A DNA stretch of 64,000 bases, from assembly GCA_963789955.1 (NCBI GenBank), contig CAWBMV010000012.1, positions 192,001 to 256,000 on the forward strand. The letters are read 5' to 3'. Below, in pieces: positions 43,581 through 50,698 of the stretch. The notes under the pieces were generated by a model that saw only the letters and a program-made list of their open reading frames with translations, made no database searches and had not been told where the DNA came from. The first letter of the stretch is position 1; the number at the start of each line of letters is the position of its first letter. A program made the position numbers and the translations under genes. Source of the DNA: an uncultured Candidatus Rokubacteria bacterium (GTDB lineage Bacteria; Methylomirabilota; Methylomirabilia; Rokubacteriales; CSP1-6).

Positions 43581-43935
43581 CTACTTCTCTTCGATCCACT
43601 CCTTGACGCTGTGGGTAAACGAGTCGAGGGCGTCATTTCGCGCCCACGCTTCTTTCTTGGCCGCGAACGACTGCGCCGCATCGAGAGACCTACCCTCGGC
43701 TATCTGCGTATTGACCGCAAGAGTGCGCATCGCCAGGCCATAGGCATCGAGCTCCTTTGCGCACGCGGATTTCGCACCCTCCACCGTGGGAATGTAGGCA
43801 GCCTTCACATAGTCACGGCCGCAGGCGATATACGCCTCAGCGGTCCTCCACATCTCCGATGTGTCGTCCGCAACTGCTGGGGCCCGCGGCGGCGGCAACG
43901 ATCGCAATCAGCACTACGGCATAGATGGGGCGCAT
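43581..43935 (-). CDS. Small secreted hypothetical protein (one apparent frameshift after the signal peptide)
   Basis: GGAGG then MRPIYAVVLIAIVAAAA at 43935 joins ORF 43581..43907; two Cys. Confidence 0.5.
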
Positions 43936-43949
43936 ACCGCCCTCCTGCA

Positions 43950-44342
43950 TCATTCGGCGATAACAATCCGGTTGCCTTCGGGATCGGCGACCATGCTCTC
44001 GTAATATCCGTCGCCCGTCCGTCTTGGCCCATCCAGAAGCGGGAACCCGCCGCCCTGCAGTCGTTTGGTCAGGGCGTCGACGGCGGCCCGAGAACCCAGC
44101 TCTACGCCCAGGTGTGCGTAGCCGATGAGCTCGCGTGAGCTCTGTGAATCGGGGATCCTCTGGATGTCGGGCCGGTGCATCAGCTCCAACCGCCCGCCTC
44201 CGGGAAATGTCAGGAAATACGAAGTGAACCTCTTCCGTTCATTTTCATATTTCGGGTTCGACTGCGCGTCGAAGTACTTCTCGTAGAAGGTGCGCATCAG
44301 TTCGAGATCCACAGTCCAGATTGCGACATGGTCAAGCTTCAT
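43950..44342 (-). CDS. VOC / glyoxalase family protein
   Basis: MKLDHVAIWTVDLE, GYAHL, PRRTGDGYYES..DPEGN. Confidence 0.9.
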   Translation of the reverse strand: MKLDHVAIWTVDLELMRTFYEKYFDAQSNPKYENERKRFTSYFLTFPGGGRLELMHRPDIQRIPDSQSSRELIGYAHLGVELGSRAAVDALTKRLQGGGFPLLDGPRRTGDGYYESMVADPEGNRIVIAE

Positions 44343-44361
44343 ACGGCTGTTGGCGACTCCC

Positions 44362-44985
44362 TCATCCGCCGTCACTTGGCTTGCCCAAAGTGCCGAGCCA
44401 TTTCGGCCGCAAGTGCGGCGGTGTGTCGTCAACCGGTTGGGCGACGCGTCCTTGCAGGAACCGTTCGAGTGCTTGTGGCAGCACGCCCGCAATGAACGCA
44501 GCGAGCTCTCGTACGTCCCGAAGGCCGTGATATCCGAGGGAGATCATGTGCCCTTCGCGGTACTGCGGCGCCGGGTCGTACAGCGCGCGCAGACTGTGGC
44601 CGAGCAGAGAGTCCTGCGCGATGTCCTTCTTCAAGTACGAGGGCAACGGCGGCCGCCGTCGGTTAATCGCTCCCTGGATTCGCCCGAGCTCATCGAGCTC
44701 GACCTGAACGAGGCAACGCGCGAAATCCGACTGGCGCAGGATCGTGGACCCCTTGCTACCCACGGGCTCAAGTTGAATGAGGCCGTGGTACGAATTGCCG
44801 GTGTCGGGACTCGCAAAGCTGGAGCCCTCGAACTTGAACAGCAGCTGTTGCTGAGCTTCCACGGGCTTCTGCCACCCCGCCTGGGTTCCCGTCCAGCGTG
44901 CATAGCCGTTTGTCTTGGCCCAGGGGCCGATCGCGGAGCGTAGCTCTCGATACGCGATCTTTGCGGGGGTGTACGCCTCCGTCAT
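44362..44985 (-). CDS. Hypothetical protein (probable cassette ORF)
   Basis: 207-aa ORF with globular composition, starting just after a degenerate attC. Confidence 0.6.
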   Translation of the reverse strand: MTEAYTPAKIAYRELRSAIGPWAKTNGYARWTGTQAGWQKPVEAQQQLLFKFEGSSFASPDTGNSYHGLIQLEPVGSKGSTILRQSDFARCLVQVELDELGRIQGAINRRRPPLPSYLKKDIAQDSLLGHSLRALYDPAPQYREGHMISLGYHGLRDVRELAAFIAGVLPQALERFLQGRVAQPVDDTPPHLRPKWLGTLGKPSDGG

Positions 44986-44995
44986 TCGCCAGTAC

Positions 44996-45058
44996 GCCTC
45001 ATGGAAGTCGCCCTTTCACCGAATGCTTCAAGGAGCGCCGATGAAACGGATGTTCTGC
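44996..45058 (-). mobile_element. Degenerate attC site
   Basis: Minus strand GCAGAAC..TTTCATCGG..TCGGTGAAA..ATGAGGC, 63 bp, just after the methyltransferase stop. Confidence 0.4.
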
Positions 45059-45073
45059 TGTGGCCGACGACTC

Positions 45074-45907
45074 TCATTCCGGCTTTCGGCCCCAGACGAA
45101 GATATGCAGACGGCCGGCGACGATAGGTCCTTGAGCCCCCTGATCGTGGAACGCATGCAGCCAGGCGCGGCCCTCGGACTCGGTAACTACGCCGGCCTTG
45201 ACGGCCGCCTCGGCGCAGCGGTCGGCCATGCTGGCATAGAAACTCTGCAGATGGGTCTCGAGCGGAAAGAAGCCGCGCGCGCGGACGTCTATGAGGCCGG
45301 CTCGCTGGAAGAGCAACGGCAACTGGCGGACTAGCCAGCCGTTGACCGCTGTCGCATCCGAAGCCGCAGCGACAATGCGCCGGGTGAGGCTGCGATCGGG
45401 ATGCGTGAACGCGGTCATATCTGTGTCGAGGTCGAAGACCCCGAGACGTCCTCCTGAGCGCAGGACGCGAACCAGCTCGGGGATGGCAGCCTCCCCCTTC
45501 GGAACGTGGGACAGCACGGTCACACACACCGCGGCATCAAATGACCGGTCGGGGAAAGGCAATCGAAGCGCATCGCCTTCGTGAAACTCCACGTGACCAC
45601 CCAGGCCGGTCCCTTGAGCGAGTCCGCGCGCCACGGCCAACAGCGCGGGGCTCGGGTCGAGCCCGACCGCCAGGCCGGTACTGCCGACGCGTCTGGCGAT
45701 GTCTCTGGTGACGGCGCCGCTGCCGCAACCGACGTCGAGGACACGTTCTCCAGCGGAGATGTTGAGTAGGCCAAGATAGGTGTCGCGCGCAGCGACCTCG
45801 TCTTCCGCCTTGGCCCGCTGTTCGAGACGGGCTGCCAGGTCACGCGCCCGTTCGGTGCCCGCCGTCGCTGTATCGCGCCACAAACTCTGTTGTCCGTATT
45901 CGCTCAC
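45074..45907 (-). CDS. Class I SAM-dependent methyltransferase (UbiE-like), cassette ORF
   Basis: VLDVGCGSG, GDALRLPFPDRSFD, RVLRSGG. Confidence 0.9.
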   Translation of the reverse strand: MSEYGQQSLWRDTATAGTERARDLAARLEQRAKAEDEVAARDTYLGLLNISAGERVLDVGCGSGAVTRDIARRVGSTGLAVGLDPSPALLAVARGLAQGTGLGGHVEFHEGDALRLPFPDRSFDAAVCVTVLSHVPKGEAAIPELVRVLRSGGRLGVFDLDTDMTAFTHPDRSLTRRIVAAASDATAVNGWLVRQLPLLFQRAGLIDVRARGFFPLETHLQSFYASMADRCAEAAVKAGVVTESEGRAWLHAFHDQGAQGPIVAGRLHIFVWGRKPE

Positions 45908-45932
45908 GTCCTGAACGCTCCCACCTCAGTAC

Positions 45933-45965
45933 GGATAACGGTTGAGCTTCAGCGATTTGTTAGAC
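45933..45965 (-). mobile_element. Internally deleted attC site (33 bp)
   Basis: Minus strand GTCTAAC-AAATCGCTGAAGCTCAACC-GTTATCC. Confidence 0.6.
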
Positions 45966-46031
45966 GCCCTCAAACGGCAACTAGCCACTGCGAGTACGCA
46001 CCCCTATCAGGTCTGTACCTGTCACATGTGC

Positions 46032-46484
46032 TCATCGGGAAGTCTGCTGCCCGAGCTCTTGGGCAAGCCCGATGAGAATTCCTTCGGGGCCCCGGATGTA
46101 GCAGAGCCGATACGTGTCTTCGTACTGGACCACTTCGCCGACGAGCTCCGCGCCGCGTTTGCCGAGCCGGGCGAGCGTATCGTCGATGTCCTCCACGGTG
46201 AACATGACGCGTAGGTAACCGAGAGCGTTCACCGGGGCGCTGCGGTGATCGGCGACCACAGGCGGCGCGAGGAATCGGGACATCTCGAGCCGGCTGTGAC
46301 CGTCCGGCGTACGCATCATGGCAATCTCGACGCGCATGTCGCGCAATCCAGTGACGCCATCTGCCCAGTCTCCTTCGATTGGGGCGCGCCCCTCGAGCTC
46401 GAGGCCAAGTTCGGTGAAGAACTCAATGGCGGCGTCGATGTCTTCTACCACGATGCCGACGTTGTCCATACGCTTGACCGTCAT
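46032..46484 (-). CDS. VOC / glyoxalase family protein, cassette ORF
   Basis: MTVKRMDNVGIVVED, RTPDGHSRLE, RLCYIRGPEGI. Confidence 0.9.
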   Translation of the reverse strand: MTVKRMDNVGIVVEDIDAAIEFFTELGLELEGRAPIEGDWADGVTGLRDMRVEIAMMRTPDGHSRLEMSRFLAPPVVADHRSAPVNALGYLRVMFTVEDIDDTLARLGKRGAELVGEVVQYEDTYRLCYIRGPEGILIGLAQELGQQTSR

Positions 46485-46498
46485 GATGTCTCCTTGGC

Positions 46499-46576
46499 GT
46501 CTAACGTCTGAGCTCACCCGCGCGCGGTGGCCGGCGAAGCCGGCTGTAGAGCGTCGGGTGCAGCGACGGGTTAGGC
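46499..46576 (-). mobile_element. attC site (78 bp)
   Basis: Minus strand GCCTAAC CCGTCGCTGCACCCG..CGGGTGAGCTCAGAC GTTAGAC; upstream gene stop TAA lies within R''. Confidence 0.92.
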
Positions 46577-47107
46577 GTCGCCATGCGCGAGTGCTCGAAG
46601 AACAAACTGCGCGCGTTCGGCAACTGGCAAGCGAGGTACCTCGCACAGGGTATAGCCGCACGAACGGTACCACCGCACAAGCTGGTTGTGAACATGCTCG
46701 ACCCAGGAGAAAGAGTGGTCACGCTCGGCATCGGTTGTATAGATGCCCGACCATGGGGGAAGGATGAACACGGATGAGTGGAATGGATACGCCCGAAGGG
46801 CAGCGTCGAGCTCGGACGCAGACAGCGGCGTAACCTCGTGAAGCATGCCCAGTGCCTCAACGACTCCACGATCAAAGAAAACCCAGCCAGAGTCGCTTGG
46901 ATGAGCGTGGTGCTTCTCGGTGTCGCGACGAAGAATCTCCTGGGCGAACGCAGCTGGCTCCGGACGAGGGCTTTGGCCTTGAGCGCGGCGTTCCGAAATG
47001 ATTGCTCGGGCGGACTCCGCAACGGTTGCGTAACCCCTCTCGGCGAGTTCGGCAAGCAGCGTTGTTTTGCCGACGCCGGGCCCACCGGTAATGACAACGC
47101 GCGGCAT
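46571..47107 (-). CDS. AAA_28 / NadR-type P-loop ATPase, cassette ORF
   Basis: ITGGPGVGKTT, ESAR, FFDRG, PPWSGIYTTDAER. Confidence 0.85.
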   Translation of the reverse strand: MPRVVITGGPGVGKTTLLAELAERGYATVAESARAIISERRAQGQSPRPEPAAFAQEILRRDTEKHHAHPSDSGWVFFDRGVVEALGMLHEVTPLSASELDAALRAYPFHSSVFILPPWSGIYTTDAERDHSFSWVEHVHNQLVRWYRSCGYTLCEVPRLPVAERAQFVLRALAHGDA

Positions 47108-47122
47108 AAGTGTGGCGGCGAC

Positions 47123-47179
47123 GCCTAACGCCGCGGTGAGCGGCGCGCGAAGCGCGTCCGCTCCACTGCGAAGTTATGC
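47123..47179 (-). mobile_element. attC site (57 bp)
   Basis: Minus strand GCATAAC TTCGCAGTGGAGCGG..CCGCTCACCGCGGC GTTAGGC; stop codon within R''. Confidence 0.92.
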
Positions 47180-47584
47180 GGACCAGCGTGCATGCTGGAG
47201 GACTACCCGATATCCATCCGGGTCCGCGAACGTTTGGCCCTGCTTATCCCAGTATGGGTTGAACGCCTTAACCGGTTGGTGGCCGAGCTCTTTCAGCCGC
47301 GTCACGGCGCTGTACCAGTCGTCGGCATCCGGGAGATAGAAGACGAGCAAGTCGTCGTGAGTCGGCGCGGGCGCCATCTGGTGGCCCGCCTTGTGAACAA
47401 ACGCCAGATGATACGCTGTGCCGTTTCGGCCGAGCATCACCGCGTCAAACCCGTCGTGATCTTTGAACTCGCACAACACCTCGAACCCGAGGCCGTCCCG
47501 GTAGAACTTGACCGCCGCGGCCAAGTCAGCGGATAGACGAGCGATGCGCAGGTGAGCCTTGGCTAGATCTGGGGGCTTCGCCAT
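47174..47584 (-). CDS. YycE-like VOC family protein, cassette ORF
   Basis: HLRIAR, FYRDGLG, DHDGFD, LLVFYLPD, NPYWD..TFADPDGYRVVL. Confidence 0.88.
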   Translation of the reverse strand: MAKPPDLAKAHLRIARLSADLAAAVKFYRDGLGFEVLCEFKDHDGFDAVMLGRNGTAYHLAFVHKAGHQMAPAPTHDDLLVFYLPDADDWYSAVTRLKELGHQPVKAFNPYWDKQGQTFADPDGYRVVLQHARWSA

Positions 47585-47631
47585 CGCCTTGTTCCCTCCG
47601 CGCGGAGCGTCCATCCGTTAACCGACGTTTG

Positions 47632-47702
47632 AAGCGACGTCGCGGTGAGCGGCCGCGGCGAGCGAAGGCGAGCCAGTGGTCCGCTCCAGCGCGGAGTTCG
47701 AC
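47632..47702 (-). mobile_element. attC site with damaged R' (71 bp)
   Basis: Minus strand GTCGAAC TCCGCGCTGGAGCGG..CCGCTCACCGCGAC GTCGCTT; arms similar to the 47123 site. Confidence 0.75.
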
Positions 47703-47712
47703 ACCCGTCTCG

Positions 47713-48687
47713 TCATTCGACGACGCGATCCGCCCGCAGGATCAGCGATGGCAGGATCGTGAGTCCAATCGTCCTCGCAGTCTTCAGGTTGACAATCATC
47801 TCGAATCGCATAGGCCGCTGCACCGGCAGATCCCCGGGCTTCGCGCCCTTGAGGATCTTGTCCACATAGGTAGCGGTTTGTCGAAATAGATCGTAGATAC
47901 TCGGGCCGTAGCTCATCAAAAGACCAGCCTCGGTATAGTGGGAGAAGATGCTGGTCGCCGGTAGCCGATGCTTTGCGGCGAGGTCACCGAGCAGTTTTCG
48001 ATGACCGGCCAACAGAGGGGATGGGATAACCAGGAGGCCTCCGTTGCGGCCCGTGACGGCTGCTCTGAACGCGCCTTCAAAGTCGCTCGGCCCGCGGGCC
48101 TCCACAATTTGAAGCTGCAGGCCTAACGAGCGAGCGGCGACCTCAACCGCGCGGAGCGGTGCCGGGTCCTGGTGAGGATCCCGCAGAACGGCCACTCGGA
48201 CGATTCCCGGGATCGCTTCCTTGAGCAGCTGGAGCTGCTTGCCAGACAACTCCGCGAGATCGAGGAAGACGCCCGTGACGTTTCCACCGGGTCGGGCGAG
48301 GCTGGCGACGAAGCCGCTGGCAACAGGGTCCGACTCGACGTCGAGTCCAACGATGGGGATCGTCGTCGTGGCATTCGTGGCCGCCCTGACGGCTGAGGAA
48401 CTTATCGCAACGATCACATCGACCTTGAGACGAGCCGCCTCCGCGGCATACTCGCGGAGCCGAGCCTCGCTGCCGGCCGCGAATCGGTTCTCGATGAGGA
48501 TGTTCTCGCCCTGAACGTAGCCTAGTTCGCGAAGGGCTTCCCGGAAGACCCGTTGCTGCTCTTGAGGGGCCGGGGTGGGGTTTAGCTCGATGATTCTGAA
48601 GATTTTCGTCTGTTGCTGCGGTTGCGCGACGAGTGGCGTCACGAAAACGATGAGCGCAAAGGCAATAGTACCGAGGTGAGTCTTCAC
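47713..48687 (-). CDS. ABC transporter substrate-binding protein (ABC_sub_bind type) inside the cassette array
   Basis: LRELGYVQGENI, DPVASGFVASLARPGGNVTG, GLLMSYG, YVDKILKGAKPGDLPV. Confidence 0.9.
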   Translation of the reverse strand: MKTHLGTIAFALIVFVTPLVAQPQQQTKIFRIIELNPTPAPQEQQRVFREALRELGYVQGENILIENRFAAGSEARLREYAAEAARLKVDVIVAISSSAVRAATNATTTIPIVGLDVESDPVASGFVASLARPGGNVTGVFLDLAELSGKQLQLLKEAIPGIVRVAVLRDPHQDPAPLRAVEVAARSLGLQLQIVEARGPSDFEGAFRAAVTGRNGGLLVIPSPLLAGHRKLLGDLAAKHRLPATSIFSHYTEAGLLMSYGPSIYDLFRQTATYVDKILKGAKPGDLPVQRPMRFEMIVNLKTARTIGLTILPSLILRADRVVE

Positions 48688-48775
48688 AGCAGGTCTCGCC
48701 TCTTAACCGTCTGGCGACATTGTTGACGAAGCCGACCCACGCTATTCCCCTGAGCCTTGATCCGCCCGCTTGTGT

Positions 48776-48864
48776 GTCGAACGGATCATGCGCTCAGCCG
48801 CGGCGCCGGAAGCCGTTGCGTCGCCGTGACCGGTGATCGCCGTGGCTTAAGCGGCCTGTAATGC
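48776..48864 (-). mobile_element. attC site, partly degenerate (89 bp)
   Basis: Minus strand GCATTAC AGGCCGCTTAAGCC..GGCTGAGCGCATGATCC GTTCGAC; begins 5 bp after an ORF stop. Confidence 0.65.
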
Positions 48865-48868
48865 GGCC

Positions 48869-49131
48869 TCATAGTGTCTCCTGCGGGTCGAGAATGCTAG
48901 CCAGCCACGGCACCGCCTTGCCAGCGGCCACACGCGCAGCGTTGAGGGTTGGGGATTCGTGACGCGAGTGATAGCTGACGGGTGTCCACACTCCCATGTC
49001 CTCTGGGTCCCGCCGGAATTCCTCAAAATCAACGTCCCCGCCGGCCTGGAGAAGATGTCGACGCAGCGCTCTGCCTCGGTTGTCTGGTAGCTCGCAAGCA
49101 CTATCCATGACTTGTCCAGGCGCGACGACAT
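48869..49131 (-). CDS. Small hypothetical protein, cassette ORF (one frameshift)
   Basis: MSSRLDKSW..RCVDIFSRP joins ..FEEFRRDPEDMGVWTP..PWLASIL. Confidence 0.6.
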
Positions 49132-49151
49132 GCTGCCGCGGGCCTCAGTCC

Positions 49152-49216
49152 GTATAACGATGCCAGTCAGCCGCGCGGCCCCTCGGGCCGCGCCGGCTGG
49201 ACTGGCTTTGTTAGAC
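49152..49216 (-). mobile_element. attC site (65 bp)
   Basis: Minus strand GTCTAAC AAAGCCAGTCCAGCCG..CGGCTGACTGGCATC GTTATAC; strong palindrome with an extrahelical base. Confidence 0.9.
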
Positions 49217-49460
49217 GGCGACGTGAGAGTCCAAACACGCCATACTCCAAAAGCAGCGCGAGGCCAAGGATAGGCAGCCAGAGTGTTGCAACCAAGTAAG
49301 CGGATGCAAAGATCTGGAAGTCAAAGCGCCGAATGTATTCCTCCGTCGCCGGCGGCCCCGAGACAGCCAGCCACACACGCGTACCCTCAAACATCAGAAT
49401 CGCCGCCAACCACACGAAGATCGTGGTCACAACGACTCGGCGCCGTAGCCGTGGGTTCAA
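49167..49460 (-). CDS. Small two-helix membrane protein, first cassette ORF
   Basis: Two hydrophobic stretches; the reading frame ends inside the attC. Confidence 0.55.
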   Translation of the reverse strand: MNPRLRRRVVVTTIFVWLAAILMFEGTRVWLAVSGPPATEEYIRRFDFQIFASAYLVATLWLPILGLALLLEYGVFGLSRRRLTKPVQPARPEGPRG

Positions 49461-49470
49461 TATGAAGCCC

Positions 49471-49547
49471 GTCTAATTTCTAATTCCACAGAACTGCATA
49501 TCCCGGCCTTGCAGCATATCTCGCAGCATATCGCGGGGGCGGATATC
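49471..49547 (-). mobile_element. Putative attI-like site
   Basis: ATTAGAC core (minus strand) preceded by an AT-rich tract and repeats GCAGCATATC x2, TGCATATC and GGATATC. Confidence 0.45.
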
Positions 49548-49713
49548 GGGCGAAGGACGAATCACGTCAACTCCGACGCGGAGTTACCGTGTCCCATGGT
49601 GCCATCGCGGCGGGATACCCAGACCGGGGCTATTCGCTCACGGCCGCTTAGCGGCCGTGCTGGTCAGGTGATCGGACGAATCAGAGCGGCGCGCGGCGCC
49701 CTTCTACGGCCGC

Positions 49714-50685
49714 CTACGCCGATACGTCCGATTCGGAGCGTTCCAACACGGCGCGGTAGCGGTCCGGATCCTGGTCGAACATCTCTTTGCAATGGCGACA
49801 GCAGAAATAGACGGTCCGGCCTGAAAACTCCGAGCGGAATTTCGCGGTGACGCTGTCGACCGTCATGCCACAGATCGGGTCCTTCGACTCGATCCTGACT
49901 GCCGGTATCGCGTGCACCTCAGGCTCAGCAGTGCGGGTCTTGTCGCTCCGGCGATGCTGGATGATCTCGGCCAGAATGCTCACCGCGATCTCTTCGGGCG
50001 TCACTGCGCCGATGTCGAGTCCCGCCGGCGCCTTCAGCCGGCTCCGTCGCTCGGGTGGCAAGCCGCGGCGCTCGAGACTCTCGAGGATCACGCCGGCCCT
50101 TCGGCGGCTCGCGACCAGACTGACATAGCCCGCGTCGGTCCGGAGCACTCGGTCCAGCACTTCCTCGTCGGACTCCGCGTGTGTGGCCACGATGACCGAC
50201 GAGCGCTCAGTGAGGCGCTGCTCCTCGAGACCCGCCTGCAAGGCGTCGGCGACGAGCGTGACGACCTGAAAGTCTGCGGCACGCCCGAGCGTGGCTAACG
50301 TCTCGACGACCGGCCCGTGGCCGACGAGCACGAGCTGAGGCTTGGGGAGGTAGGGCTCCACGTAGATCTCCAGCGTGCCACCGCTGTGGCACGTCATTCC
50401 ATACTCCAGCATCCCTTCGGTCCGGCCTGGAATGCGCCCGCCCTCGCCGTAGAGGCCGATGAGTCGCGGCCGGCCGTCGCGGATCGCCTCGAGCGCCTCG
50501 CGCGCGACGACCGGCTCGGCGCAGGCGCCGCCGACCCAGCCTTGGACTCGGCCGTCCTCGCGAATCAGTGCTTTCGCGCCGGGCTTGGCCGAGGTCGGCG
50601 CCTCGCAGCGCACGACCGTGGCCAGCGCGAACGCCTCGCCGCTGCGCTGGAGCTCGGCGGCCAGCGCGATCAGCTCGTCAGCCAC
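49714..50685 (-). CDS. XdhC/CoxF-like molybdenum cofactor maturation protein with C-terminal YHS domain
   Basis: LATVV..SAKPGAK, GWVGGAC, CHSGG, PAGLDIGAVTPEEIAVSILAEI; KDPICGM..YFCCRHCKEMF. Confidence 0.88.
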   Translation of the reverse strand: MADELIALAAELQRSGEAFALATVVRCEAPTSAKPGAKALIREDGRVQGWVGGACAEPVVAREALEAIRDGRPRLIGLYGEGGRIPGRTEGMLEYGMTCHSGGTLEIYVEPYLPKPQLVLVGHGPVVETLATLGRAADFQVVTLVADALQAGLEEQRLTERSSVIVATHAESDEEVLDRVLRTDAGYVSLVASRRRAGVILESLERRGLPPERRSRLKAPAGLDIGAVTPEEIAVSILAEIIQHRRSDKTRTAEPEVHAIPAVRIESKDPICGMTVDSVTAKFRSEFSGRTVYFCCRHCKEMFDQDPDRYRAVLERSESDVSA

Positions 50686-50698
50686 GTCCGCGCGTCCT

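Noticed and set aside
49548..49713. Intact integron integrase gene
   Set aside because: Only ~165 bp is available and no tyrosine recombinase motifs are present in any frame of the window.
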